NCBI RefSeq assembly: GCF_009914755.1
Contig: NC_060925.1
Source: the human T2T-CHM13v2.0 reference genome, Homo sapiens
Length of the DNA: 64,000 nt
Direction: 5' to 3' (one strand)
Under the pieces are notes generated by a model that searched no databases, was not told the origin of the DNA, and saw nothing but the letters and a program-made list of their open reading frames with translations. Positions 1 through 13,579 of this stretch are shown piece by piece (the stretch's first letter is position 1; every line of letters starts with the position of its first letter). Both the position numbers and the translations under genes were made by a program.

Positions 1-199
1 TGGTAGAAGATTCTTGTCACTTTACTGCATCCACTGAGCCCAGTGCCCTCAGAGTGGTAACAACACTACTGATTAAAAAATAGCATCACTGAATTTCTAA
101 GAGGCAGGAAAGAGGCAATGAGGTAAGAAAACATCCCATAACACTGATTCTGCTTATTCTACTGCACTGTGTTGGCATCATGGTGAATCCCTTTGTCTC

Positions 200-428
200 T
201 GCAGTCAGGTTTCTTGGGTTCAAATTTCAACACTGCCACCGCCTTACAGTGTGATCTTGAGCAAACTGCTTCATTTTTCTACCCTTCAATATTCTCATTT
301 GTAAAATGGGAGTGATAATATACTATCTTAGAGTATTATTTGAAGGATTAATGGAATTATATTTATAAAAAATCAGAACAGTGCCTAACACAGTTGTGGC
401 TGAAAAGCACTCAGTAAATATTAACTGA
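200..428 (+). mobile_element. MIR SINE
   Basis: Core ...gtgatcttgagcaaactgcttc...ctcatttgtaaaatgggagtgataata...agaacagtgcctaacacag...actcagtaaatatt. Confidence 0.8.
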
Positions 429-1002
429 CTGGCCAGTTTTCCTTTGTGCCCCCAGCTTTGCTGTGCTCTCCACAGCCCCTTACTCCGACTTCAGCAGAGC
501 CTCCTCTCCTTATACTGTATCACACTGTATTGTCCTCCTTTACTGACCACTGTCCCTCACTAAAGTGTAAGCTTTCAAGGCTATTTGCCCCATTTTTGCA
601 TTCTGACTGCCTAGCACAGTGCCTGTCATGTAAGAGTAATTAGATGTTGGGGGAATTATGAGAATTTGCAATGGTAGAACCTCCATTTCATAAGCCCTGC
701 ATCAATTATAAACCCTAAGTGTTCACTGCTGATATCGTGAGTACTTATTGTACAATTACTTTATGGACCCCTGCATTCTCTTCTAAATGGGTGATAGGAA
801 CCCTGGACAAGAGCAAAAGGCTCCGCACTGACCAATAATCCTAATAGCACCTAACATTTAGTGAATGATCACTATGACAATCCTATGCTAAAGGTTCAAC
901 CGTATGCAGTTGCTATTTTTGCAGGCCAAATATTGGCAGTTTCAAAGGGCTCAATCGAATACGGTATCTATCTTAATTTTTTTTTATTCTACCATAGTAG
1001 AA

Positions 1003-1140
1003 TGAGGTTTTAACCTCAGTTAGAGATGAGAAAACTGAGACTTGTGGAGGTTAGTGTCTTACCAAGGTCCCACAGCTAGTAGGTGGTGGAAGCAAGGCTG
1101 GGCCCATCCTGCTACATCCCAGAGCTGATGCTTTGAGGCA
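1003..1140 (-). mobile_element. MIR SINE
   Basis: gagatgagaaaactgagact...ccaaggtcccacagctagtaggtggtgga (reverse MIR core). Confidence 0.75.
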
Positions 1141-2386
1141 CCACAAGGCAAGGGAAGTTGGCTGCCCTCGGGTGCTCTCAGTGTAGTTCTGAAGACACAG
1201 CCATGTCTCAGGAAACTCCCAAAATAAACACAAAACTGAATATATGCACTACTAAGTTGGATTCAATTTCCTGAGACAGTACAGGAAGCCAGCGTGTCCT
1301 GTTCAAAGTTAACAGAGAAGAAGCGCATAGACTCTGGAAAAAATCTAACAATGCAACATCCCTTCAGAACATCTTGTTATTTTCTTGTACATTTGCTGGC
1401 CTTGGCCTCGGGCCGTAATTACATTATCTTCAAACAGCAACTAGAAATATTGCTCATTAAACATGAACACGGGAATGTTTAATTTGTTAGGACGTAGGTG
1501 TTTTGAAAGCAAATCATTGGTTCAGGGCATTGAACTGAGTGCTGCCATTGGAGTTGTCTTTGGTGAACACCATGTCCTGGCCAGAACTTTGCCATGATGC
1601 GTGTTCACTGCAGATGAGAGAAGGACCTAGGCCCTGCAATTCCTAGCTGGGGTCTGTGGCTCTGAGCTTGACGCTTTCTTTATGTTTATGAAAATGGGAC
1701 AACTCAGTTTCTCTCCCTCATCCGTTAAAATAGAAGAAGCAATCCTAATGTCACTTCAAAATTATGGCCTCTAAGGGGTTACAATCAGCATGTCATTTCC
1801 CATATGATGCTTAGATGATGTGTATTTGGTACAAACATATTTGTACAGCATCCAAGAATTTTAATCAAGGTTTAACTTTCAATAAGGTGAGTTAAGAGCA
1901 TCACAACTAGTGTCACAGCAATTTGCAGGATAGTCTTTGCTTCAACTTGGGAGTAACTTTGGACTCAAAAATACCTAGTTTTGAAAGCCGGAAGCACAAC
2001 TTTATTACTGGCTAGGAATAAAGGGCAACTTTGGACAAATTTGTTAACATCTCTATGCTTAAGTATCTTCATCTGTAAAATGACCACGAGAGAAACCTTG
2101 CTGGGTTGATGTGTCGATTTGGTTATTTAATATCAGTAAAGCCCTTAGTTCAGTGTTTGACAGGTCAGTGCTAGCTCCCTTTTGCTCTTGTCCATTGTTC
2201 CCTGTCACCCATTTAGAAGAGAACGCAAGGGTCCATAAAGTAATAGCAGAAGGGATATACTCTGACATGATGGGGAGGAGAGAAGAGATGGGTGCCCTTC
2301 TTCAAAGGCAGGGAAGTAGCCTGCTGGTGCTGAGTGAGGGTTAAGCCCTTTGCCCCTGACAGTGTCCTTCTCCCCCTGCCTTCCAG

Positions 2387-2796
2387 CCCCTGAAAATGCA
2401 CTGCAGGGACTGTGCCCTGGTGACCAGCTCAGGGCATCTGCTGCACAGTCGGCAAGGCTCCCAGATTGACCAGACAGAGTGTGTCATCCGCATGAATGAC
2501 GCCCCCACACGCGGCTATGGGCGTGACGTGGGCAATCGCACCAGCCTGAGGGTCATCGCGCATTCCAGCATCCAGAGGATCCTCCGCAACCGCCATGACC
2601 TGCTCAACGTGAGCCAGGGCACCGTGTTCATCTTCTGGGGCCCCAGCAGCTACATGCGGCGGGACGGCAAGGGCCAGGTCTACAACAACCTGCATCTCCT
2701 GAGCCAGGTGCTGCCCCGGCTGAAGGCCTTCATGATTACTCGCCACAAGATGCTGCAGTTTGATGAGCTCTTCAAGCAGGAGACTGGCAAAGACAG
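2387..2796 (+). CDS. ST6GALNAC5: ST6GALNAC5 internal coding exon (410 bp; antepenultimate), encodes sialylmotif L
   Basis: Polypyrimidine tract + ttccag acceptor ending 2386. Phase-0 frame PLKMHCRDCALVTSSGHLLHSRQGSQIDQTECVIRMNDAPTRGYGRDVGNRTSLRVIAH...FKQETGKDR (GT29 sialylmotif L). Donor CAG|gtacaa at 2797. Peptide recognised as ST6GalNAc V. Confidence 0.97.
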
Positions 2797-3439
2797 GTAC
2801 AAAGGCACAGGGAAGAAGATGCAGGGGAGGGTGAGGATAAGTCATCACTGGCTGACTCACCCAAAGCAAAGCTTTTGCTACAGGCTTTTGTTGTGGGCTC
2901 CACTGCTCATGTCATTGCTAGAGTTCACTTGTAGGGTCCTCTGCGTGACTGGGCTGCTCAAGCTGACTTTACAAGACAAAGTGAAAAGAAGCATGGAGAT
3001 AATTATATGGATATTTCAGGGCCTTATTTTTGAGGAAGAGGCTACACAGCTCCTGGCCTTCATTGGTTAAAAGTGCAGTATAACAGCTTTATTGCATTTC
3101 ATTTTACTTGCATAAACCCTCACCAAAAAAAAAGTATATGGGTTTATTTTTTCCCATTCAAAGGCAAACATTTATTTAGTCAACCAATATTTCTTGAGTG
3201 CCCACTACTTGCTCATCACTGTGCTTGGCCCTGGGGAAACAGTCAAACACAAGTATATAAAGCCTTGGACACTTACCAAGTAGTAGCCAGTGCACTGAGG
3301 GTCTTGAGAGGGAAGAAAATGGTGCTGTAGATGTGCCATGGGCCCTAGCCCATGGAAACCCAAACTGTTAGCTACAACTCCATATTAAGACACGAAATCA
3401 ATGTAGTGAGGCACTGAAAGATTTTTTTTCTAAAGTAAT

Positions 3440-3765
3440 GGGAAGAATGGGATAAAATGGAACAGAGTAGAATAGAAAAGACATTATCAGCATTCATCCC
3501 ACATAGTAAGTTAGGTAAGGTATTGTTTCATGAAACTTTTATTTCAGTTTGATAGAGATGGAGATAGATGGATAGGGATTTCTTCTCAAAGTGATGAAAA
3601 TGTTCTGAAATTAGTGGTGATGGTTGCACAATCCTGTGAATGTAAAATAAATATCACTGAATTACACACTTTAGAAAATGAAATTAAAACTGTGTCTGTG
3701 TGTCTCAATCATGATGTAAAAATGTATTTTTCACTATAGGTTGAAAGATTTGGAAATTACTGGTC
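3440..3765 (-). mobile_element. MER103C-like hAT-Charlie element interrupted by a short old L1 3' fragment (~3575-3690)
   Basis: gtaaggtattgtttcatgaaacttttatttcagtt ... gatgtaaaaatgtatttttcact...; insert gatgaaaatgttctgaaattagtggtgatggttgcacaa is an L1M 3' end. Confidence 0.55.
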
Positions 3766-4315
3766 TGGGAGATAAGGAAAATGCTTTCTCAAAAAGATGT
3801 ACATAAGCTGAGACCCAGGGCAATAAGTCTTGGATAAAGTAAAGGACCTGGGGAGTGGGAGGGAGAAACCTCCCTGGAGGTCCAGGGAATCAGGTGTGAG
3901 AGAACATGCAGTGGGTTGGAGAAAAGCCCCCTGTGGCTGCAGTCAGGAGAACTAGGGGGTGGGGGTGACACAAGGTGAAGAAGAGAGGTGAAAAGATGTC
4001 AGCTGGACAAATCTAGGTGAAGAAAGGACAATGAAGAATCAAGGGCCACTAGAGAGTACAGCTCTGGGTTGGAACTCTGGCTCTGTCACTCTCTAGTTGT
4101 GAGGGCCTGGACAAGTTATCTAACCTTTTAGAGACTCAGTGACCTTACGTGTGAAAAGGGAATAGTGACTACTAATCGCTGGATGGACTGGTCTAATAAT
4201 CAAATTGCCTCATTTCCTTAATTCTAAAACCTGTACTTTCATACGTTTGTGATGTAATTTACCCCTCTTACAAAAACTGTTACTGAGTCAATTGCTTATC
4301 TTTAAACTAAAGGAG

Positions 4316-4438
4316 AGTCAGACTTAGTGGTGCATGCCTATAATCCCAGCTACTTGAAAGGCTGAGGCAAGAGGATGGCTTGAGCCCAGGAGTTCAAATC
4401 CAGTGTGAGCAACATAGCAAGACCCCATCTCATAAAAA
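4316..4438 (+). mobile_element. FLAM (free left Alu monomer)
   Basis: Single monomer ...tgcctataatcccagctact...gaggatggcttgagcccaggagttc...gaccccatctc + short A tail. Confidence 0.85.
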
Positions 4439-7400
4439 TTGTTTTAAATAAAGTGATATGATAAATGCAATAAAGAATATAAAGTAATAAATCCATTCTT
4501 TGGCTAGCAGCTCATTATTAGAGAATAGTCTCAAAGAAAGACTTAAGTACAGTGCCCCCAAATTCTTTGTGTGGAAGAGCTAGATAGCTTTTAAATCCTA
4601 GAAACCTTGTGACTAGTCAAGGACTGCACCAGGCAGGAGGCATGGGTCTGGTGGAGGAAGGAGAAAGAGCTGGCTGTTGGCACTGTGGCCTTCCTCACTG
4701 GAAGGCCCAGCAGACCCCATGGGCAGCCCAGCCAGCAGATCACATTGGGGATTCTGATCATCATCTCCAGCTGCCACAAAATCCAGTCATGCATTGACCT
4801 TTGCAACTCACAGATAAGAGAGACTGTCACTCAGTTGAATGAGTTATTTAATCAAGAAAACATTTTATAAGGAATCAAGAAGGAGGGGAATTATTTAGTT
4901 TCATTTTTTACTTGTTGGAAAATTTGAAATAAGTAGAAACCATCTCAATAGAAAACACTTTTCTCTTTTTTAGTTTAATGGTTGATTGCTAAATAAGTAT
5001 TCCTAAAACACTGCCGCAATGTTAGCTATTTAGTATAATTAAACATTGTTCTGGACTCCTTGAGAAATCATTTTAAGCTGATAAGTTAGATACTAAGTCA
5101 TCATACCCTTTGGCCACTCAGGATCTTTAGGAACCCTTCTCACAGCAAGGCATATCCTGCTCACTAAATTCACTAAATACTGGCCAATGAGAAGCTTTTT
5201 CTCACCAGGTCTTTCTTCCTGGTCGTCCTGGCTGGTACGGAGGGAGCCAAAGCTTTGTGGAGTGGCTGGTGGGACTCTTTCCACAGACATCCATCTGCCA
5301 GGGTCCACGTAGTCCCTACTCAGGGGAATCACACTTATGAATGTGGAGGATGCCAGAGTACACTGCTGCTTCCAGAAACTTTGTGCCTCTTGCCTTCGGG
5401 AAACAGTCTTAAAGAAGCCAATACTCTATTGACTTAATATTCTTTACCTGTAGCCTGCTCCAAGCTAAAAGAAACAAGTCAGAAATGGCCATTCAGGACA
5501 AAACTATTTCTGTAAATTAAAACCTAAAACATTTAGGGTGTAATGGTATTTCTCAATGTATGCTTTTCTTCAAACCCAACAAAACAGTAGCATATGATAC
5601 ATAAAGTACAGAATATCTAACTTGCAGATCTCATGATCAGGACTTTCCTTTTGGGTGAATATTTTGAAGAAATAGGGTCATTTAATAGATTGTGATTGAT
5701 AGAAGTTTCACCCTCCTTAAAAGTGGAGAAAAAAGTGGCTCAGGAACAATCTGCAATTAAGAAGCATGACAAATGACTTAGATGGCCAAGTGGTATTCTT
5801 TGATATTAAAAAGTAACTGTACTTGAAAATAACTTTATAATTGAATAAGGGTACATTAGGAAAATATGATTCAGAACCAATATTATAGTAATTAGATAAA
5901 GGAAGCGTAAATGAAATAACTGCAGGAAGAATATTTCCATAGAGATTATAAATGAGATTCTGGTGGAGCAGAAAGGCCCTTAATTGTAATTTAGTATGCA
6001 CTATAGAATTATCAGCTCAGTGTGTTACTTCATCATATAAAAGAATATCTGATAATTTTCCCTAAAAAGCACATGACAGCTCTTCATATTCTTTCATTAC
6101 AGCTGATTAAGTGTAAAAACAGTAGATATTCCTTTGTTAGAAAAAGAGTTCAACAAAGAGTTTTAGAAAGACAGCACAAAGTGTTGCATTTCTATAGCAC
6201 GTGACCCCAGAAGGCTGTTATTTAGGAAGTCTGGGGAATTTTAAGTGTTACTTTAAAGAACTCTTCACTTTAGTTTCTTTCGTCCTCTACCTTGCATTCT
6301 TTTCCCCATTTTACCCACAAAGCCTTTTCCTGTGCAGCCACATCCTCCTGTATTCAGGCTGTGGTTTACAATCTCTACTACATCACATAAAACAGAACCA
6401 GAGTTATGGGAGAGTTTCTGCCCTTGGAGAAAGCCCCCTTTGGTGTGTCCAATAGCTCTAAAAGCAGAGGGAATATAAGTGTGATTCCCAGATTAGGCTC
6501 CTGAAGCTGTAAGTGAGCTGTCATCCTCTTCCTGGGTTCCACATCCTCCCAGTTATTCACTCACCCAGATTAGGTCTAGAACACATGGCCAGTGCATTGT
6601 CGCAGCCCATAGGTGAAAACAGCTTCTAACTTAAGGGAAGCCACTTCCTCTTCTTACCCTTTGCCATTCAGTCAGCTCTTCTCCATTCCAGCTCCTTCAG
6701 TCTCAAAGGTCTTATGAATATATAGCCTTAGTGAGAAAGAAGGAAAATCATTAATACCTATGTAGGCTGAAGGCTTCTGAATTTCATAATTCCTGCCCTG
6801 ACTACTGATGGCAGTCCCTACACAGCCCCCAGTAGCAGAATGTTGGAAGAATTTTCTTCATGGTTGCTAAAAAGCACCAAAAAGAATGGTGAAATTATTT
6901 ACCTTGATTGCTCAACCTAGAAACTAAAAGAGGAGGAAGAGATGTCAACGTACCAACATACCAAACTTGGTGCTTTTCATACATGCTTGCTTATTTAGCT
7001 CTCAAGTAGCCCAGGGGACAGAGATTCCTATGCCTCCTTTATAGATAAGAAATGAAGGGCCAAAGATCAACAATAACTTGCCTCAGGTCATCCAGCTGGT
7101 TATGATAGAAACAGGTAAGATTCAGCCCACTTATTCCCATCTTTAGGAGCTTTTAAATATGCTTTCTGGGATGTTACTAGGTCAAAATACAATGGAATAG
7201 GGGAATGAATGAGCAAAGGGCTTAAGAAATAGAAAGTTGAAGCCATGATCCCCAGGAATAACTAAGCCACCCATGCTGTCAGGTATTGGACAAAATGAAG
7301 GACTCCTTAAAAATGTCCTCTCTCTATTTTTTTTTCTTTTTTGGTCCTTATATGAAATGAAAATAATGATGCAAACTGATAGACAGAAGGTTTTCCTTCT

Positions 7401-8440
7401 TCTCAAGGATGGGTGCCACACAGTGCAAGTAGAAAAGCCTTCCTGCACCTCTGTTATTCACATCACAAATGATGCTATGGCTGGGCAAAGTCAGACAGTC
7501 TGACCTTGGGGATAAGGTGTTTGAAACTGGCTAATGAGGCATGCCGTAAGTACTGAAGGAAAAGTAAAAGCAGCAACCCCCGAAGAATTGAAATTAATAT
7601 CCACAGTAGTGTAGCATGGTAGGCTGAGTCATTCTCACAGGATCAAATTAGACCTTGGTGTTATGTCTCCACAGTTATCCTAAGGTGTAGCATATGGTAG
7701 AAGCTCATTACAGATGTCTGAATGGGAAAATTAATGAATGGTGGGGTGCACCAGTTCATTCCTTAAATTTTGTCAATTTTTGGTCTCCTAGTAAAAATTT
7801 TCTGATATGTAAAATGAAGCAAATGTTCAGTTAAATATAAGCATTCCTGTGGCTCTTTTCCTCTGGTCATTAGCCCATACCCAAATGAGTGTACCCTTCT
7901 TACGGAAAGATATTCAATCAAGATGTTGGTGTTAGTCTACTTGAAGGCAAGCTTTCACCCTAAGTTCAGTCAATCAACCAATTGACTAATAGATAGATAA
8001 ATACATGTGAATGTTTATTTATATTTAATAAGCTACTCATTATCTAGCCTGTTTGGGGAACAAGGAGAATTTCTAGTTACTCAAGTGTTCTCGTTAAGAA
8101 AGAGTTGTTAAACGGGGGCTGTCATAAGAAATTGAGTTGTGGTAACATACACTTAAACATTTAAACACTGATCATCATCTTTGATGATGCAGAAGTCCCT
8201 TGAGCATCTTTCATTGTCACAAATTCAGCATGAGCATTAACATCAATTATGATTGTACTGTGGAATATGGTAATGTTAGTAAGAGATGTCAATTTGATAA
8301 AGTTCCAGATATTTACCAAATGGAGGAGAGAGGGAGAGACTCTTGTTTATAGTTAGCCTTACTCTAGGAAAGAATTAAAGATGGTAGTGGGTATAATGGT
8401 TACTTTACCAGCTTGCAGACTTAATTATTGTTCCTTCCAG

Positions 8441-8548
8441 GAAGATATCCAACACTTGGCTCAGCACTGGCTGGTTTACAATGACAATTGCACTGGAGCT
8501 CTGTGACAGGATCAATGTTTATGGCATGGTGCCCCCAGACTTCTGCAG
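8441..8548 (+). CDS. ST6GALNAC5: ST6GALNAC5 penultimate coding exon (108 bp), sialylmotif S
   Basis: ttccttccag acceptor; phase 2 matches the previous exon (AG|G = Arg). Encodes KISNTWLSTGWFTMTIALELCDRINVYGMVPPDFC. Donor CAG|gtagga at 8549. Not in the ORF track. Confidence 0.97.
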
Positions 8549-9599
8549 GTAGGATTTATTCTGCAAGTGTAAATCATCAGCCGTGTTGTGCAGGATTTAT
8601 AAATATCTGATTCTGAATATCAACCATGAAACATGTCTAACTGTCTTCTTGAAGCAATTAATTAGCATGTCCCAAGTTCTCATTCTAGAAACAACAAACA
8701 GCATTTAATTATGTTATATAAAATATTGAAAGTTTTTGTTTGTACTGCTGGAGAATAAATCCATCTTGTGGGCTCCATTTATCCTCTGAATATTTATCAG
8801 CCAGAAGTAATGCAATAATTGGCATAATATTAACGATGAACAAGCATTAAGAAATATTAGTTTTACTCTCATTTCAAAGGAATGTGATAATTTTTTAATG
8901 AATTAAAGAGAGCAATTCCTTTGACAGTGAGGGCTTTTTTCTAAAATTAAAATATTTCTCTGAGCCTCCTTCCCTTGCCACATCAGTGGCCTGGGCTTGC
9001 ACTTCTAAGGCCAAAAGCACAGGCATAAATATTTTGAGGTGTCACTTTAAAGAGAACATGCATACATCTCTGTTGCCACCTTAACTTTCCTCCTGGCATG
9101 TGCCCAGGCAGAGTTCAGGGCATACCACAAATGCACTCAGCAATATTCAGGGCCTGATTTTTGGAAGCCTGCTTGAAAACTCGCCTGTAATTTAAAATAG
9201 TGAGACCAGAAATTCCAGAAAGTACCCTAGTTTTTGGGAACGCCTGATGGCCTGCACATGGACTCAATCCTGATTTTCAAATGGCAAAAGCTGGGGTGGG
9301 GGGCATTTAAAACTTGCTTTTTAAATTGTGTGCTTACTTATACTATCTGGTGTTTTATTTGTTTATTTTTTCTAACAATGTCTCGAAGGCCATGAGTCTT
9401 TAGGCAAAAGCTGCAATTTGGAGGTTTAAAGCAAAGATGAGAAACAGCATCTAATCATCCCATTAACATTTTACCACTTTTCTCTCTTTTTAACCCAAAG
9501 ATCCAACACAGCAACAATACTAATTGATATGGAAGAGTCAGGCCGCAAAGGAGGAGAGAGAGGTACAGATAGAGCAGACCTTTGATGTAAGGTCAGGGT

Positions 9600-9830
9600 C
9601 AAAAATGCTGGGGCTAGGCTGCACAGGTGTAAAGCCTGGCCTGGTCACTTACCCACCTAGTATGACCTTGAAGAAGTCACTTAGTGTCTCTAGGTCTCAG
9701 CTTCCTCATCCATAGACGTGGATGTGATAGTAATAGACTCTGCCTCAAAGGGCTGTAGGCAGAGTAAATAAGCTAATACATGTGAAATGCTTGGAACAGT
9801 GCCTAGTAAGTACATGGCAAGCACAAGGCA
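9600..9830 (+). mobile_element. MIR SINE
   Basis: tatgaccttgaagaagtcacttagtgtctctaggtctcagcttcctcatcc...gaacagtgcctagta. Confidence 0.75.
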
Positions 9831-10544
9831 AGTTAGCTTGGATCCTCACCCAGTGCTGCCTCACTTAATTCACTGGCCCTGTGTCCCTGTTTAACAATCT
9901 ATACACAAAAAGTAAGTAGAATGGCCTAAAAAGGCAAACTGCCTCCTCAAACCAACAGGCTAACAGAGACAGTGAGAATGGCACTTATGGGCATGCAAAG
10001 AGCCATCAACGTTGATGGGTATACAGCAGATATAATTATGCAATATTGCCATTAGGATGCCAGAAAGAAAAAGCATGAATAAATTGAAATGTTAATGACT
10101 TCAAGTGTTCAAGGAAATATTCCATTTATTATGGAAAACAAATGAAAGGCAAGTTAACCTGTCATTTCTCCTACTCAGAGTTAGTTCATCATGACTTCAT
10201 GTACGGTAGGATCGAAACAATTTATGGAAAATACTAACAAAGAAATTAAGATAATGTCAATGCATTACATATTGCCACTGGCTCTGAGTTTCTCTTCCTA
10301 AGCTATCATCCCCAAAGCTTTGATAGTTGTTTGCACAAGACAGTTTCAGCAAGAACTCTTCAAAAGGACCCCTACGCCCAAGTTCTGTCAGAGAAGTGAA
10401 GAGTGTCATCTGGAGGAAAGGTTCAGTGCTGGAGAGAGCATTCTGCTCAGTCATAAAGCCTGTTAAAGGAAGGTTAAGAAGGAAGACCAGGAGTAGCACA
10501 GATGGATTCTACAGTTCTATTCATCTGCATTTCCAGGACATGTT

Positions 10545-10735
10545 GACTGGACCACCAGGCATCCAGTTTCGACTTGTTGGGTCTTGAGGCTTGTTTTCCT
10601 TGTTTGTAAAATGGGGATAAGAAAATAAGAAGACGAACAAGCAGGTCATGGTGAGAATTAAATGAGATAATAGATGTAGAGTGTTGGATGCAGTTCCTAG
10701 CACACAGTATTCAGGAAAGAGTATCAATATCATTA
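10545..10735 (+). mobile_element. MIR SINE
   Basis: ttttccttgtttgtaaaatggggataa...gtgagaattaaatgagataa...cctagcacacagta. Confidence 0.7.
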
Positions 10736-10820
10736 ATATTAATAAGATATGTAAAATAATTTATATTATTAATATTATCCCAAGCACTTGAGAGTTTCCC
10801 TGAAAGATACCAAGAATTCT

Positions 10821-11122
10821 GAGCAGGGGGCTGGTTCACAACTATAATCCCAGCACTTTGGGAGGCTGAGGCAAGCAAATTGCTTGAGCTCAGGAGTTCA
10901 AGACCAGCCTGGCCAACATGACGAAACCCTGTCTCTACAAAAAATACAAAAATTAGCCAGGCATGATAGTGTGCACCTGTAATCCCAGCTACTCGGGTGG
11001 CTGAGCATGAGAATCGCTTGAACCTGGGAGGCGGAGGATGCAGTGAGCCGAGATCATTCCACTGCCCTCCAGCCGGGGCGACAAAGTGAGGCTCTGTCTC
11101 AAAAAAAAAAAAAAAAAAAAAA
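10821..11122 (+). mobile_element. Alu (AluSz/J-like), full length
   Basis: Dimeric Alu with A-rich linker and ~22-nt poly(A). Confidence 0.93.
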
Positions 11123-13579
11123 CAATTTTAAGGGGGGCTTCAAAGACACAGCTTCTTGCCTCCTGGAGGCTTATAATAAGCCTTACCCATGCCAAAATAT
11201 AAAGAACACAGCAAAGCCACTTACCATGTGACTATAAAAAGATGCAGCTTTTGCAATCTTCATCTAAGAGTTAAATGAGTCTGTAAACAGTACCTTCCTC
11301 ACCACCAGAGAATGAAAAAGCAACTGGTAGGCTAGTCTGCTACTCATTTGACCATTCCCTCTTTTATCTTTATTTTGAAAGAAGCAGAGAACTATTTGGG
11401 GCTGAAAACATGGTACATGTATCATGAGCTCTATGGCTTAAGGAGGTAAGCTATCGCCAGGGCCAAAAATGGTTGTGGATGGTTTTGTGTGGTGGCAGAG
11501 CTCACATTGGCTGGGCCCATTGGAATATAGCCTCCCTGAGGGCAGAGTTCTGTGTGTTTACTTCAGTGTTGTAGACCTAGAACACAGGACAGTAGATATT
11601 TACTCTCCTGGCATATGGCAGATACTTCATAAATATCAAGGGAATGAATGGCTGTGTCCTCTACTCTCCGTAGTGCTATAGTAAAGGGTGTTGTATATGG
11701 ATAAAAATAGCCATTTCTGCCTCTCAGAAACTCTGACTTTGAGAAAGTTACCTGACCTCACTGAGCCTTAGTGACTGATATTGGGCAAGCTACCTAATGC
11801 TCCATCTCAGAAGCCTTACCCACAAAATGGTGATGACAATTATCATATAAACTCTCTTGCATTGAGAGTTTATACGATAATTGCATGAAGTCATAGATGA
11901 GGAATGCTTAGCAAAGTCTCAGGGCCTGTTCAGTACACAGAAAGTTATGGGGTGAAAGGATTCACTGATCTGCAGTTGTGGATGCTCATTGGCGCATTTT
12001 ACAGAACTGGCATTATGTGGCCTCCAGCTCCTTGCAGGACATCTCATGGGCTGCTCAAAGTGTGCCTGGCCTTTCTACAGCTTCCCTAAGTTCCCAGTGT
12101 CTCACTGCAATGAAGAGCTAGCCACGTGGAGCCAGATTTCAGCAGGCAAAAAGAGAGCCAACTCTTCAGTTTGGGCAAATTAACCATTTCAGACCATAAG
12201 ACAAAATTAGTACCCTCAAAAAAGTCACTAACTAAATAAACCACAAGCCTTTTATTCATTCAGCTAACTCGTGTTGGGTACCAGGGAGGTAATCAGAGAT
12301 GAATGAGACAGGGTCTCTGCCTTCAGTTGCCTGAGACTCAGTTGACCACAATTAAATCATGAGGTACAGAAGGTTACTCGAGGTGCCTGTGGGAGAAGAT
12401 GTTCACTCTCTGCCTGTCAGCAGCATCTGACCCACTGAGCTTTATTGGACCATCTGTCTCCAACTTTCAAACTGGACTCAGAGAAGTCCTTGCATTCCAC
12501 TGATTCTATCAGGTGGCATAGGGATAAGGAGCCAGGACAACAGGAATATTGGACCCTTCCACCCGACTTGGTCAGGGGCAGACCCAGTTGGCTCTGTTTG
12601 CATCTGGACTATTGTATAAGATTTCTTTTCAACAAAAGAGCATTTGACAAATAAGAACTTTAACAACCTCTGGTCTAAGACACAACCATGATGCTTTCCA
12701 ATCTAAATCAAACTCTTTCACACTTTTCAGGAGAGTAGAATCATCACCTTATTATTGTCCCAAAGAGAATGTAAGCTGTCATAGGCATGGTGTGAGGGAG
12801 CAGAGGCAGTGGGGCAGAGAGAGAAGGGCTAAATTATATCTTGGGGGAGCAAACTGCCAAGCAATCCGTGAGTGCCTGATCCCCAAGGGGAAGTGTAGGT
12901 AACCTGGAGAGTCATTTCCCATCAGGTGTCCTGGAGGTCTGCCTTCTCATCTCACCCAAAGGGCCTGAGTTACTTCTAGGAGTCAGTCATTGGCAAGAAA
13001 ACTAATTGTACCCCCTAAAAGTATTAAGCCCATGGACTTCTTAGGAAGAAAGATAGCATTGCATTCACATTTAAAACCCCAAGTGGAAGTGGTGGGCATA
13101 TAAATGGCCATGGTGGCAGATGACAGACATATCTCATTCAAGATCTGGCAGAATCTAACTGACTCAAAGTCATTTGAATGGCATGCAGCATCTTTCATTT
13201 GGTACTGTGATGGCCTCCTGGACTGCTCTCTCCATCACTTGTCTTCTTCCTCTCCAAACATGACTGCCTTACTAGATGACAAATCTGACTGTGAAGAGTC
13301 ACTTAAAACTCCTCAGTGACTTCCCAAAGCTTTGTGAGCAGAGTTCATACTCCCTAGCTTAGCACACAAGACCTTCAGGATAGGGCTTCTGCATACCACT
13401 TTAGTCACATCTTCTCTACTGATGCATTTATGTGTTTATTTGTTTATTCAACCTTACTGAAAAATTCATAAAGGAACTCACCCTGCAGACACCTGTTCCT
13501 ATGACCTCAGTTTGGACTGCCCATCCCCTACTTCCTTAAGCTGGCTGGTTTTCCACTGGCTCTTTACTAATAACATTAA

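Noticed and set aside
2429-2869. 146-aa minus-strand ORF over the ST6GALNAC5 exon
   Set aside because: Antisense shadow of a GC3-rich coding exon; no recognisable domain.
2396-3070. 224-aa ORF as a stand-alone gene
   Set aside because: The ATG is internal to a spliced exon starting at 2387, and homology ends at the donor at 2796.
5093-5470. GC-moderate unique segment with short ORFs and splice-like motifs on both strands
   Set aside because: No recognisable protein, and the signals do not form a convincing exon.
10734-10777. 12-bp AT-only inverted repeat taatattaataa/ttattaatatta
   Set aside because: Low-complexity sequence at a MIR tail; expected by chance.
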